Source: Candidatus Latescibacterota bacterium (GTDB lineage: Bacteria; Latescibacterota; UBA2968). From it: DNA of 64,000 bases. A model generated the notes under the pieces. The model saw only the letters and a list, made by a program, of their open reading frames with translations. It ran no database searches and had not been told where the DNA came from. The DNA lies in NCBI GenBank assembly GCA_965207885.1, contig OZ242311.1:6080001-6144000 (forward strand). Reading direction: 5' to 3'. Positions 18,589-29,040 of the stretch are shown piece after piece; within the stretch, counting starts at the first letter, position 1, and each line of letters starts with the position of its first letter. Made by a program: the position numbers and the translations under genes.

Positions 18589-19461
18589 ATGATCAAACTC
18601 GGCTGCACCGCCATGCTGCGGGACGAAGAGAATCCCGGGCAGTTCATCGATGTCGAATCCCTGATCGACCTGATCCACGACCTGAGGCTGGATATTGTCG
18701 ATTTGCACCTCTACAGGGGGTTCCGTTCCAGGAGTTTTGAGTACCTGCGCCAGATTAAGAGAAAGTGCCTGAGGTACGGGCTGCCGATCGGCTATGTGGG
18801 AACCGGAGATGGGTTTGTGGGCGCGGCGACTGGCGCAGACCAGCGCGTGGTCGGCGTTTCTCTGCCGCCGGAGGAACTGCGCAGGCGGGTGGCAGAGGCG
18901 AAAGAGGCCGTGGATGTGGCGGCATTTATGGGTGCGCCCCTGGTCCGCCTGTTCGGGGGTGGCCTGCCAGAGGGGACAGAGGACAGGGAAGCGCTCTGGT
19001 CCGCGATGATCCGCAGTTTCCAGGAAGTCGCCGACTATGCGATTGATAAGGGCATTTTCCTGGGTCTCCACAATCATCCGCCCGCCGTGGCTCCCACCGG
19101 TGACGACATCCTCCGCATTCTGCACGATACCGACCGCGAGAATTTCACCTTCATACTGGATACTGGGCAGTGGTTCGGCTCACCCGGATCAAATCTGGCG
19201 GGGAAATTCGATCCCGGTCTGGCGTTTTACCGCTACATGGAACAAACCGCTCCGTATGCCACCTGCGTGCGTGCCAAGATCTACAAAATCGACAGTGGCC
19301 AGGAAGAATGGCTCGACTATGAGCGCATTGTGCCGATCCTGAAAGCCGTCAACTACAATGGCAATGTGTCGATTATCTTCGAAGACCGCAATAACCGTTG
19401 CAATTACGCCGAAGCGATCGGCCTGGCGGCCAGGTATCTGCGCGGACTGCTCGCGGATTGA
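18589..19461 (+). CDS. Sugar phosphate isomerase/epimerase TIM barrel
   Basis: GAPLVRLFGG, LGLHNH, LDTG, LDY..I...L...NY.G..SI.FE. Confidence 0.82.
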   Translation: MIKLGCTAMLRDEENPGQFIDVESLIDLIHDLRLDIVDLHLYRGFRSRSFEYLRQIKRKCLRYGLPIGYVGTGDGFVGAATGADQRVVGVSLPPEELRRRVAEAKEAVDVAAFMGAPLVRLFGGGLPEGTEDREALWSAMIRSFQEVADYAIDKGIFLGLHNHPPAVAPTGDDILRILHDTDRENFTFILDTGQWFGSPGSNLAGKFDPGLAFYRYMEQTAPYATCVRAKIYKIDSGQEEWLDYERIVPILKAVNYNGNVSIIFEDRNNRCNYAEAIGLAARYLRGLLAD

Positions 19462-19471
19462 GGGCTGTGTG

Positions 19472-20668
19472 TTAGCTCTTAATAACACGTAGCGTATCGC
19501 GTGCGATCATCAGTTCTTCGTTGGTTGGAATGACGAGTACGGATACCGGGGCGGTCTCATGATGAATAGTTTCGTTCATGGGGTTGCCCTCGTTTTTTGC
19601 TTTGTCGAGATGTACGCCCAGGAATCCGAGTTTTTCACAGATGCACTCCCGTATGAGTGGCGCGTTTTCCCCTATTCCGGCGGTGAATACAAGCGCGTCT
19701 ATCCCGTCGAGTACCGCCGCGTATTTTCCGATGTACTGGCGGATGCGGTAGCAGAAGATGTCGATTGCAAGTGCCGCACGCCGATTTTCCTTATAGACGG
19801 CGATTAGGTCTCTGAGGTCTGATCCGATTCCGGATACGCCGATGAGACCGCTTTGATGGTTGAGCATCTGGTCGATTTGATCGGGCGTCATCTGGTGTTC
19901 TCTGATCAGGTAGAGGATGATCGCCGGGTCGATGTCCCCACTGCGCGTTCCCATTACGAGTCCCTGAAGGGGTGTGAATCCCATGCTGGTGTCGATTGAT
20001 TTTCCATTTTCGATGGCGGTGATGCTACAGCCGTTTCCCAGATGGCATGTGATCAGTTTTAGCGTTTTCAAGGGCGAGCCGAGCATTTCCGCTGCACGCA
20101 TGGCGACGTATTGATGCGATATGCCGTGGAAACCGTATTGTCGGATTTGATACTGTTCGGATATCGCGTGGGGCAGGGCATAAGTGTGGGCGTAGTCCGG
20201 GATGGTCTGGTGGAATGCGGTGTCGAATACCGCGACGTGTGGGATGTGGGGTAGTATGGTCTGGCAGGCGCGAATTCCGCGCAGGTTGAAGGGGTTGTGC
20301 AGTGGGGCGAGGGGGGCGCACTGTTCGATTGTTTTTTCGACTTCGGGCGTGATCCGGGTGGAGGCCGCGAAATGGCTCCCGCCGTGTACAACGCGATGGC
20401 CGACTGCGTGGATTTCATCGGGCGTGCGGAGGATTCCCCAGTCCGGGTGGAGCAGGATTTCAAAGATGCGTTGAAATACGGCTTCAGGAGCGGTTTGAGG
20501 TACTGGGATTTGATGGGTGACGCCATCCCGCCGCGTGTAAGACAATTCTGCGGATGCAGAGAGCAACCGTTCGACATGTCCTCTTGCGAGGCATTCTTCG
20601 CTGTGCATGTCGAAGCACTGGTATTTGATGGAAGAACTGCCGGCGTTGATGGTGAGTATTACTGGCAT
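19472..20668 (-). CDS. ackA: Acetate kinase
   Basis: INAGSSSIK, GHRVVHGG, APLHN, FDTAFH, YGFHG.SH, CHLGNG, GTRSGD.DP, FTAGIGEN, PTNEE. Confidence 0.96.
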   Translation of the reverse strand: MPVILTINAGSSSIKYQCFDMHSEECLARGHVERLLSASAELSYTRRDGVTHQIPVPQTAPEAVFQRIFEILLHPDWGILRTPDEIHAVGHRVVHGGSHFAASTRITPEVEKTIEQCAPLAPLHNPFNLRGIRACQTILPHIPHVAVFDTAFHQTIPDYAHTYALPHAISEQYQIRQYGFHGISHQYVAMRAAEMLGSPLKTLKLITCHLGNGCSITAIENGKSIDTSMGFTPLQGLVMGTRSGDIDPAIILYLIREHQMTPDQIDQMLNHQSGLIGVSGIGSDLRDLIAVYKENRRAALAIDIFCYRIRQYIGKYAAVLDGIDALVFTAGIGENAPLIRECICEKLGFLGVHLDKAKNEGNPMNETIHHETAPVSVLVIPTNEELMIARDTLRVIKS

Positions 20669-20678
20669 GGTCAGTCCG

Positions 20679-21533
20679 CTATCTGTGGCTCCATGTAAGG
20701 GATTCATCGCTGTTCGCCTTCAGCCAGGTGCGCAGAGGTACGTCCTCTTCTGAAGGCACATAGTAGCCCGCCTGTTTGGTTGCCGCTCCGAGGAGTTGTC
20801 GGCGAATCGGGCTTAGGTGCTCGAAGAGATGGTCAACTTCCATGATGCACTTGGGCCGGATCCAGCGATATGCATAGCCGTAGAAGAGGACTTTTCTCGG
20901 TCTGTTTAAGTAGTTGGGACTCGAGGCGTGCCACAGTCGCCGGTCGAACAGGACGGCCGACCCGGCGTTGACCCGTATGGGCATGCCGTTGATGGGCATT
21001 TCGTCATCGGAATAGGTGAGTTGCTTATTTGCCTGCTGCCCTGGCGCAATATAGAAGTTCGCCACGCCGACATCAGTGGTGTCGGTGAGGAAGAAGGCAA
21101 CCTTCAGCGATAACATAGGATTCACCGGAAGTCCTTCCATGTCAAGGTCGCCATTGGATCGATTCTGGTCCTGATGCCAGCCTAATTTTTTGCCAGCAGG
21201 CGGGGGCTTGCTCGTTGGCGGCGAAATAACCATCTGCGTGTGGAATAGGTATATATTCCATCCCATGAGGCCCCAGACCTTTGGGAAGGTGGTGGGATAG
21301 TCTATAAGATCCAGAAGCGATGCGTCCTTGCCAATGCAGTCGTGTGCGTTTACTCGCTGCGCCGGACTCATGCCCTCCTCTTGCCGAATTCGTGCGTCAA
21401 TGCGATCGACTGCGGCTATAGCTGTCTCGAGCATCTCTTCGTCGAGTGCGTTTTCTATGACGAAATAGCCGTCGCGCTGAAACTGCTGGCGTTCCTCCTC
21501 TGTGAGTCTGTGGTCCAGGCAAGATCTATCCAT
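20679..21533 (-). CDS. PhyH family dioxygenase
   Basis: LTEEERQQF..DGY, WHQD, LKVAFFLTD, FDRRLWH..R. Confidence 0.88.
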   Translation of the reverse strand: MDRSCLDHRLTEEERQQFQRDGYFVIENALDEEMLETAIAAVDRIDARIRQEEGMSPAQRVNAHDCIGKDASLLDLIDYPTTFPKVWGLMGWNIYLFHTQMVISPPTSKPPPAGKKLGWHQDQNRSNGDLDMEGLPVNPMLSLKVAFFLTDTTDVGVANFYIAPGQQANKQLTYSDDEMPINGMPIRVNAGSAVLFDRRLWHASSPNYLNRPRKVLFYGYAYRWIRPKCIMEVDHLFEHLSPIRRQLLGAATKQAGYYVPSEEDVPLRTWLKANSDESLTWSHR

Positions 21534-21576
21534 TTGTCAATCCTCTGTAATGTCTTAGATGTCTTCTACCAGTTCC

Positions 21577-22335
21577 TCATCTCTCTATACTTCCTCCGAT
21601 TTTTTTTAACTGCTTAAGCCACTCGGTATATTCTTGTTTTGCTTCTTCGTTCATCGGGTGGTATTTCGCCACATTTCCGGTTTCCCGGATCTTCATCTTC
21701 TCAAATATCTCCCGGTCTTCTTTGGGCTGACACCATTCGATGACTTTCTCCGCTATCTTCGGCGGCACCACCACGGCTCCATCATCGTCTGCTACAATAA
21801 TGTCGCCGGGGAATATCAACACGCCGCCACAGCCTATGGGCAGGTTGTAATCCCAGGGGTACATCTCGAAAAACCCGGCATTGGCCGGTGTCCCTCCCCG
21901 GGCGAACAGAGGTAATCCCAGATCGAGCGCGCTGGGCAAATCCCGCAGGCATCCATCTACTACGATCCCTTTTCCCCCGCGTGCCTGCACTCCCGTCATC
22001 AACATTTCTCCCAAACAGCCCGTTTGCATGTGTCCCCGGGCGTCAATTGCCAGCACGTCGCCCTGTTCGATCGACATAATTGACGCCCATAGTGCCGATG
22101 TTTTTTCTGTTTGTTCCTCGCCCAGGCCCTCGATAATATCCTCCCGTTTGGGCAAGAACTGCAGGGTCACTGCCGTGCCCACGGCTTTCATCCCGGGTGT
22201 CAGGGCTTTTGGTCCCAGCATAGCATGCCTCAATATTCCCTGGCTGCGCAAAAACGTCGAGATGCTGGCTACGCTGATGTCCCAAAAAGGATATACCAGT
22301 TCGCGGGAGGGGCGAGTTATTTCTCTGTTATTCAT
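21577..22335 (-). CDS. RraA family protein (HMG/CHA aldolase-like)
   Basis: G.AVT, GCLGE, GIVVDG.LRD, GGV...PGDIIVADDDG.VVVP. Confidence 0.88.
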   Translation of the reverse strand: MNNREITRPSRELVYPFWDISVASISTFLRSQGILRHAMLGPKALTPGMKAVGTAVTLQFLPKREDIIEGLGEEQTEKTSALWASIMSIEQGDVLAIDARGHMQTGCLGEMLMTGVQARGGKGIVVDGCLRDLPSALDLGLPLFARGGTPANAGFFEMYPWDYNLPIGCGGVLIFPGDIIVADDDGAVVVPPKIAEKVIEWCQPKEDREIFEKMKIRETGNVAKYHPMNEEAKQEYTEWLKQLKKIGGSIER

Positions 22336-22347
22336 GGGAGTTCCCTT

Positions 22348-23709
22348 CTAAGGTAGCACGCGTACGCGTTGCAGTCGCTGTTCCTCTTTGATATGTGTGT
22401 ACTGCGTCTGTTGAATCCGGTGCGTCAGCAGTCGCTGCACAAGATCCAATGTTACATGTTCGTAACCAGCTACGCCTGCCAGATTTTGCTGTTCCAATGG
22501 ATCCACTGCCAGGTTATACAGGTGCTGTACGCCACCCTGTTCCGGATCGAATACCAGTTTCCAGTTTCCGGTGCGCACCATCGCACATGTAGCCAGTTCG
22601 GCAAATACCGCGTTTCTCCCAATGTGCGGTTTCCCCCGGACCAGGGCCGGGATATCCAACCCGGGCCGGCGGCGGTCGAACGCGAGCTTAGCCCCCGCAA
22701 GCCGAAGTATCGTCGGATACAGGTCGAGGTGAGACACCAGCGCCTTGCTCACCCGCGGCCCATTCATCCTTTCTTCTTTTGGGATTCCCGGACCGCACAT
22801 CAAAAACGGCACGCCAGCACTGTTCTCGTAGAAATACCTCTTGTCCAATATCCCGTAATCGCCCAGACAATCTCCGTGGTCCGAAGTAAAGATGATTACC
22901 GTATTATCGTATATCCCCTTCGCTTTCAGCGTCTCTACCAGTTGGCCCACATAAGCATCGATTAGCGCGCATTTGTCCATATAGTGTGCCCGTCTCAGTC
23001 GCACCGACGCTTCGTCCGGTGCTCCCAGGGGTGGCGACATCGCCTCGGGGTCGTGTTGCAATTCGCCCGGATGCCACATCGGCGGATGCGGCCCGATAAA
23101 TGACAGATTCAGATAAAAAGGCCGGTCCTCTATATAGTCCTCCACGAATCGGATCCCGTTTACCCCGATAAATCCGTCGGCCGTCTCGTCTGGGTCGTCG
23201 AACACGTGCCGAAATCCCCCTTTGCGAAGCGCCTCTCGGAACGTCTCCAGCTTTCCTTGTTTTTTCAGGTAATTCGTGTACTCATCGTCATTGTGTCCGT
23301 TTTCTCCGTCGTCCTGAACCTGAAATATATAGTCGAATCCATAACGTCTCAGTTCTTCGTCGTTCTCCGTTACATCAATGCAGTACCCGTAGCTGTCAAT
23401 ATAATGGTGCTTGCCAATCATTGCCGTATAATATCCCGCCTGCTGGAGGTGGTGCATAAACGTATCGTCCCGAAGCTTCGGGTGAATCACATCGGCCTGG
23501 TTCCCGCATACTCCCGTTTGCGATGGGTACATCCCGGTGATGATCGATATCCGCGATGGCCCGCACAGTGGCGTGGCGCAATACCCGTTGGTAAACTGCG
23601 TTCCCTCTGCGGCTAAAGCCATCAAATTGGGCGTGCTCTTTCCCAGCGCATCGCGCCGGAAATGATCGGTAAGAATGAGAATAATATTAGGGTGTTTGGC
23701 AGTGGACAT
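22348..23709 (-). CDS. Cys-type (formylglycine) sulfatase, no signal peptide
   Basis: PNI..ILTD, CGPSR, GKHH, TSDHG, VPF, DLYPT, LYNL..DP.E..NL. Confidence 0.92.
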   Translation of the reverse strand: MSTAKHPNIILILTDHFRRDALGKSTPNLMALAAEGTQFTNGYCATPLCGPSRISIITGMYPSQTGVCGNQADVIHPKLRDDTFMHHLQQAGYYTAMIGKHHYIDSYGYCIDVTENDEELRRYGFDYIFQVQDDGENGHNDDEYTNYLKKQGKLETFREALRKGGFRHVFDDPDETADGFIGVNGIRFVEDYIEDRPFYLNLSFIGPHPPMWHPGELQHDPEAMSPPLGAPDEASVRLRRAHYMDKCALIDAYVGQLVETLKAKGIYDNTVIIFTSDHGDCLGDYGILDKRYFYENSAGVPFLMCGPGIPKEERMNGPRVSKALVSHLDLYPTILRLAGAKLAFDRRRPGLDIPALVRGKPHIGRNAVFAELATCAMVRTGNWKLVFDPEQGGVQHLYNLAVDPLEQQNLAGVAGYEHVTLDLVQRLLTHRIQQTQYTHIKEEQRLQRVRVLP

Positions 23710-23758
23710 ACAACGCACTCCTCTTGTGTTTGTTTCCAGGGAAATGGGTTGTTCAATC

Positions 23759-26035
23759 TCAATCAGGCTTCAACTCCAGATCCAGAAACGCCTGTTTCTC
23801 TTCTCCCGAGTGCAGGTCTTTCACCCGCATATTCAGCCGGAAATCTCCCTTCCCGGCATTGCTCAGGTCCAGCGCCAGATACTCCGCAGAATCGGGGGTA
23901 TCTCCCAGATATTCTACTTCTACGGAGGTTGTGGGTTTGTCCTTGCTGCCGAAGATCCTGAGCAAATTCTCGAGTACCGTATTCGTTTCTTTTTCGATTT
24001 TTGCCACCGTATATTCGATCGCAAAAGACGTCGTCCCGAACTCATCGGGTGTCAGATTATAGACCTCGAAATACACATACATCGGCCGTGCCGGATCGAA
24101 CCGCCGCGTCGGATTGGGTACCAGGCGGTGGTCGCGGAAGGCAAATCGGCCGGAATCCGCAGCCGCAATTTCATAGGCCGGTACAATGCTGCTCACATCC
24201 AGCCGTACCTGCGAAAATGCCGGTACCTCCAGCGTTCCTTTCCACCCTCCGAAGCGTCCTTCCCGGGTCTGTTGAATAAAAAAGGCATTGTTATAGGTAT
24301 CTGGCTCCACCCGAAATCGAATCGTGCCGAGTCCCATCCCCTCAAACCAGCGCATATCCTGTCGGATCACGCCTTCCCGCTGCTGGACGACCCGGTTCCA
24401 GTTTCGATCGTGCAGCGTCATGCCATATTCGTAAACCGCAGACGTATCGGCCAGGTTCTCCAGATTTTTATCCGACAGCGGAACCCCGTAAAAACACACG
24501 GCATCCGTCTTCTCTTTCCCTTTGAAAAATCCGATATACATATGAAAAGGGAGCGGGTCAATATCCAGCCACGTATGGCGGTCCGTACGCAGCGCCACAT
24601 CCACTGCCTGCCGACTCTGCAGGGTAATCTCATTTTGAATCTGCATCTGGTAGAGCGGATCCTTGAACCGTTCCGGATACAGATAGGGCGGCCCCCACAT
24701 GTCCCGGTCCTCCAGCGTGGGCGGATAGGGTGCCAACCGCCAATTGTTCCGCGTCCCGTGCCGGTCGATATTAAAATGGAAAATCATCTGGGGCAGAGCG
24801 GGCGTCGGGTCGTAGAACCAGGACTCGTTTTGAATCAGATCCTGGTCGATGGTCCGGGCACGGTCGGCCGGATCCCCGTGGCGAATATAGATCAGCCCTT
24901 TGTCGTTCAGCCGGTCGTTGAGCGCAAAAGCCGGCGGGAAATTGAATACGCTCAGTTTGTCGGGATTGTTGAACCACGCGCGCAGTCCGTCATACCGGTA
25001 GTACGTCTCGGCCACCATTAAACGCCTGTAATGTTCTGCCAATCGGGCGTTATGCGACAGGGCCGGTGTGGGATCTCTGCGAAGCCAGAAGCGTCGAAAA
25101 AAGTCAGCATAATCCTCAGGTGTGACCAGGGACAGGAACCGTTGTAGTTCCCTATCTGTCACAATATACTTCACATCCTCGAAAATCAGTTCGGCATCCA
25201 GGCGGTTGCGGATATGATCGACCGCTTTAAAGAAAAACCCCTCGGCCATTTGCGGCGAACTCAGGGTGTAGTACACCCGGGCAAGAGACAATCTTGCCGG
25301 CGCCGGGCTGATGGCCGAATCCGATGCTAACCAGGCCTTCAGCGCCCCGCCAGCCGCTTCCAGATCCCCAGATAGTCGTTCAGCTTCTCCCACAAAATAG
25401 TCCGCGTGCTCGGTCTCTTGAGTCTCCAGCCAGCCTTTCGCTTCCACTGGATCCCCGTGGTCCAGCAGGTAGCGGTAGAGCCGGAATAGTCCCCGCTGGA
25501 TGGCCGTCAGATGCGGCTTTGTCGCTGCCTGTCTGTGTCCGAGATAAATCGCCTCTCGGTACTTTTCTCGGTACCGTTCTAATGTTGCATACTGATAGAA
25601 TCCGTCCAAGTAGAGCGAATCTGCCACAATGAGCCGCTTAAAGTATCTCTCTGCTTTGTCCCATTCCCGCTTCCGAAACAGCGTCGCCTTGAATTTTCCC
25701 GTTTCGCGGTGGCTAATAGCCAGGTTGTAAAGTGCCTCCGGGTCCTCTGGAATCGTTTTTAGAACCTTTTCGTACCACTTCTTCGCCTTGCCCCAGTCCT
25801 CCTGGAGAACTCCCACCTTCCCCAGACCCTTTATCGCCGGGACCAGCTTTCGATCCCGTTTCAGGGCACGCTCAAACGCATCCTCGGCCTCGCGGAACTG
25901 TTTCTGCACAATCAGTGCATGGCCTTCATCCACCAGCCGCATGGCCTGAAGGGTCCCCGTCTCGTCAGCCTGCGCTATGCCGGACGCCAGGACCAAAACA
26001 ACAAACACGCGAAACCAGAAGTGCCAGATATCCAT
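23759..26035 (-). CDS. Exported TPR + GWxTD-like domain + beta-sandwich protein
   Basis: Signal peptide (..IAQA), TPRs, FW..RDPTP...N.RL.EHY.R, DKG.IYIRHG.P, ESW.Y, C-terminal VPNP...YFEVYNL. Confidence 0.8.
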   Translation of the reverse strand: MDIWHFWFRVFVVLVLASGIAQADETGTLQAMRLVDEGHALIVQKQFREAEDAFERALKRDRKLVPAIKGLGKVGVLQEDWGKAKKWYEKVLKTIPEDPEALYNLAISHRETGKFKATLFRKREWDKAERYFKRLIVADSLYLDGFYQYATLERYREKYREAIYLGHRQAATKPHLTAIQRGLFRLYRYLLDHGDPVEAKGWLETQETEHADYFVGEAERLSGDLEAAGGALKAWLASDSAISPAPARLSLARVYYTLSSPQMAEGFFFKAVDHIRNRLDAELIFEDVKYIVTDRELQRFLSLVTPEDYADFFRRFWLRRDPTPALSHNARLAEHYRRLMVAETYYRYDGLRAWFNNPDKLSVFNFPPAFALNDRLNDKGLIYIRHGDPADRARTIDQDLIQNESWFYDPTPALPQMIFHFNIDRHGTRNNWRLAPYPPTLEDRDMWGPPYLYPERFKDPLYQMQIQNEITLQSRQAVDVALRTDRHTWLDIDPLPFHMYIGFFKGKEKTDAVCFYGVPLSDKNLENLADTSAVYEYGMTLHDRNWNRVVQQREGVIRQDMRWFEGMGLGTIRFRVEPDTYNNAFFIQQTREGRFGGWKGTLEVPAFSQVRLDVSSIVPAYEIAAADSGRFAFRDHRLVPNPTRRFDPARPMYVYFEVYNLTPDEFGTTSFAIEYTVAKIEKETNTVLENLLRIFGSKDKPTTSVEVEYLGDTPDSAEYLALDLSNAGKGDFRLNMRVKDLHSGEEKQAFLDLELKPD

Positions 26036-26052
26036 AAATATCTCCAAAGGAG

Positions 26053-26829
26053 TCAACGCGTTTCTGCAACTACCGGATTGCGCAAGATTCCGATCCCCGA
26101 AATCTCAATCTCGATCGTATCGCCGGGGGCAAACGGCCCCACTCCAGACGGTGTTCCGGTCATGATCACGTCGCCCGGCAGCAGGGTCATCGCCTCGCTG
26201 ATGTAGGAAATCAGCTGGGCAACCGAAAACAGCAGGTCGGATGTATTGGCCTGCTGCCTGACCTCACCGTTCAGCCGAGTGGTCACGTCCAGATGGGTCG
26301 GATCCAGCCCGGTTGCAATCACCGGACCGAGGGGACAGAAGGTATCGAATCCCTTCCCGATGAGCATACAGCCCAACGCCATTTCAGCCGCCTGAATCAC
26401 GCGTTCGCTCACATCGTTGCCGCAGGTATAGCCCAGTACGCAGTCCAGGGCTTCAGCATCCGACACTCTTCGGGCCGTCTTCCCAATGACAACGGCCAGT
26501 TCGCATTCGTAATGGATCTCCTTGCCTTGATGGGGATAGATGATCGGCTCTTCGGGGCCGATGACTCCGGTAGAAGGCTTCATAAACAGCATCGGAAACG
26601 GGGGCGGATCCTGGCCGCTTTCGCGGGCGTGTTCTGAGTAGTTCAAACCCACTCCGATGACCCTGGGGGCTTCGACCGGTGCGAGTACACGCACCTGGTC
26701 CAGATGTGTAACTACATCGCTGGTATCCAGGCTTTCGAAGGGAGAATCGATTAGCCGACGAACTGTACCATCCTCCTCCAGAATGCCGTAATGGATTTCC
26801 CCATCGGCGCTATACCGCAGAATCTTCAT
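26053..26829 (-). CDS. Fumarylacetoacetate hydrolase family protein
   Basis: VGLNY..H, FMKP, HYECEL, GYT..NDVS.R, KGFDTF.PLGP, GDVI.TGTP.GV. Confidence 0.92.
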   Translation of the reverse strand: MKILRYSADGEIHYGILEEDGTVRRLIDSPFESLDTSDVVTHLDQVRVLAPVEAPRVIGVGLNYSEHARESGQDPPPFPMLFMKPSTGVIGPEEPIIYPHQGKEIHYECELAVVIGKTARRVSDAEALDCVLGYTCGNDVSERVIQAAEMALGCMLIGKGFDTFCPLGPVIATGLDPTHLDVTTRLNGEVRQQANTSDLLFSVAQLISYISEAMTLLPGDVIMTGTPSGVGPFAPGDTIEIEISGIGILRNPVVAETR

Positions 26830-26841
26830 TTTTTTTTCCTT

Positions 26842-27783
26842 TCAGACATTGTCCTGTTCAGACCGGTCAGCGCTTTCCACAAAAGACCGGTAGCATGTGT
26901 TCACATCTGCCTCCTCTGCATCACCGTCGTGAACAACAACCCGCACGGCCAGATCCAGGACCTCATTCCGGTTGATTGCCATTTGTTTTTTCGCAAACGG
27001 ATTCAACGACAGGATGCCCCAATCGGAAACGTACCAGGTCTTGCAAGCAGTAGCCGGATAGGAAAACAGAGCCACACCTGCCCGCCTTTTAGCTGCAATC
27101 GTTCCCGAACAATCTACCCAATCGGCGCGTTCTCCCGAAATCACCTCGCTGCTGGAACGGCCAGCAGAATCGGTCAATCTCCCCCCACTGGTTGCCCGCA
27201 ATGCCTCTGCCATGCGGACTCCGAAATAGGCGTGTCGCGTAGGACCAATATGGATATCCCAATCAGTCGGTCGTAACTGCGAGTGGATGTCGATCTGATT
27301 ATTTACTTCGCCGGGATAGATATTGATCGTCCTTTTTTCGACGAGCAGGGTGCGCCCCTCGGGAGCGGCCCACTCGGAGGGTCCCTGCCAGTTGAGCGTC
27401 TGAATCAACCGGAGATGCGCTTGCGAGACCTCTGTACTTTCGACCGACACGCTCAGAATGCGTCCGGGGGCGCGTCCCTGGAAGGTTTCGTTGACGTAAA
27501 AGTTATAGGTAGCTTCCTCATAGGTGCTCGTGGAGAAAGGCAGGCGGCAATGCACATGGTCGGCGCCGATCCAGAGCGAATTGTGGTGCGGGTGATCTAC
27601 CGGACTCTCGGTGGTCACGGCAAAGCCGGAAGGCGTGTACACCGGGAAGAGATAAGCGCGGAATGCCCCCTGGCTCAGGGACGCAATATCCCGTCCGCGC
27701 CAGCGCACGTTCAGCCGATGGGACCTGGCCCAGGCTCCTCTGGACAGAGAGACGACGTCGTCTTCAACGGAGAAGAACGGCAT
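26842..27783 (-). CDS. DUF6807 (PmoA-like) family protein
   Basis: YL.PV.TP.G, DHPHH..LW, FGVRMA, WVD.SG, W...D.G..NPF. ATG at 27783 with AAGGGG RBS. Confidence 0.75.
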   Translation of the reverse strand: MPFFSVEDDVVSLSRGAWARSHRLNVRWRGRDIASLSQGAFRAYLFPVYTPSGFAVTTESPVDHPHHNSLWIGADHVHCRLPFSTSTYEEATYNFYVNETFQGRAPGRILSVSVESTEVSQAHLRLIQTLNWQGPSEWAAPEGRTLLVEKRTINIYPGEVNNQIDIHSQLRPTDWDIHIGPTRHAYFGVRMAEALRATSGGRLTDSAGRSSSEVISGERADWVDCSGTIAAKRRAGVALFSYPATACKTWYVSDWGILSLNPFAKKQMAINRNEVLDLAVRVVVHDGDAEEADVNTCYRSFVESADRSEQDNV

Positions 27784-27866
27784 GTTCACCCCTTTCATTA
27801 GTCCTTTTTTTTGATTTAAAAATAATTCTGTACGGGTCATTTGCACAGATCTTTTCAGGTCTCCAC

Positions 27867-29018
27867 TCAGAGCACTTCTACTGTCCGTCGCTCTATTTCC
27901 TCCCAGTCCAGTTCCACACCCAATCCCGGTCCCTGCGGCACAATCAGGTACCCCTCTTCTATCTGTATGGGATTCTTCACGAGCGGATCCTCGGTCGGTG
28001 CCTTGGGATTTACGCCGTTCAATTCAAAAAACTCGCAGTTGCTCATCGCGGCCAGCGCCTGTGCATGGGCAAAGCAGAACATTGGTCCGCGCTCGTGTAC
28101 CTCGCACGCCACTCCGAATGCTTCGGCCACATGCGCTACCTTCATCAATCCCGTAATTCCGCCCGATACGATCGCGTCTCCCCGCACAATATCCGCTGCG
28201 CCTTGAGCCAGTAGCGTCGCTACATGGTGAGATCCTCCGAATACCCATTCCGATGCCGCTATTGGAATATCCAGGGTATCGCACAGTTTTTTGAGTGCTG
28301 TAATGTCCCACTCCTGGAGCGGTTCTTCCAGCCATTTGTAGTTCAATTCCTCCAGTGCCCGCCCCACTTGCACTGCTTCCGGATAGGTGTAGATCTGAAC
28401 GGGATCGTGCATCAAGGTGAACCCATCACCCAGCGCTTCTCGCACGTTTCGCGCGACCTGGATATCCGCTTCAGGTCCCAACCGGCTGTGTAGTTTGTAA
28501 CCCTTGTACCCCTCTTCCTGTACTTCCAATCCAAACTCTACAAATCGCTCCGGGTCTGGATAATTTCCCGAACTCACATACGTCGGTATTCGGTCGCGAA
28601 ACGCTCCCAGAAGTTTGGCCACGGATAGCCTGGCATATTTGCCGGCGATATCCCACAGTGCCACGTCTGCATAGCTCATATTCCACGGGTGTAGCCAATT
28701 GAAGCGGTTGGCGAACCACAGCTTTTGAAAGATGTATTCCCGGTCCAGAGGGTCTGCGCCCACCAGTTCGTGTCGGAATGCATCCAGCCAGGTCTCTGCA
28801 AAGGCCCGGGCTGGTCCCCAGGTATAAAATGCCGTGGACCAGCCCTCGATCCCGGTGTCGGTAATTACCCGGATGAAACACAATTGGTTCGGCTCATGAC
28901 CCGGCGTTGCCCGCCTGTCGAATTGAGACCGAAGCTGTCCGGGTATTACGAACATAGTTCTTATAGGGCGTTTCCCTTCCATCTCTATGAGATGGATTTT
29001 GACCTCTTTGATTAGCAT
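27867..29018 (-). CDS. Mandelate racemase/enolase superfamily enzyme (acid-sugar dehydratase-like)
   Basis: TD.G.EG, D.ALWDI.GK, KGYK, D, WLEEP, E, GGITG..K, H, P.GPGLG. Confidence 0.9.
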   Translation of the reverse strand: MLIKEVKIHLIEMEGKRPIRTMFVIPGQLRSQFDRRATPGHEPNQLCFIRVITDTGIEGWSTAFYTWGPARAFAETWLDAFRHELVGADPLDREYIFQKLWFANRFNWLHPWNMSYADVALWDIAGKYARLSVAKLLGAFRDRIPTYVSSGNYPDPERFVEFGLEVQEEGYKGYKLHSRLGPEADIQVARNVREALGDGFTLMHDPVQIYTYPEAVQVGRALEELNYKWLEEPLQEWDITALKKLCDTLDIPIAASEWVFGGSHHVATLLAQGAADIVRGDAIVSGGITGLMKVAHVAEAFGVACEVHERGPMFCFAHAQALAAMSNCEFFELNGVNPKAPTEDPLVKNPIQIEEGYLIVPQGPGLGVELDWEEIERRTVEVL

Positions 29019-29040
29019 TGCGCATACCCTCCGTTGGAAA

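Noticed and set aside
21577-22335. RNase E regulator function for the RraA-family gene
   Set aside because: Its length and catabolic context favour the HMG/CHA aldolase-like role.
23675-25021. 448-aa plus-strand ORF
   Set aside because: Antisense shadow of the GWxTD-like gene; no motifs or RBS, and I/R/P-rich composition typical of reverse frames.
26829-26837. Homopolymer run between RBS and ATG as a phase-variation switch
   Set aside because: Only 9 nt; similar A/T runs occur at several gene starts here, so there is no specific support.
26842-27783. Methane monooxygenase, suggested by the PmoA-like family name
   Set aside because: Soluble DUF6807-type protein with no transmembrane helices and no pmoB/pmoC; found among sugar-acid enzymes.
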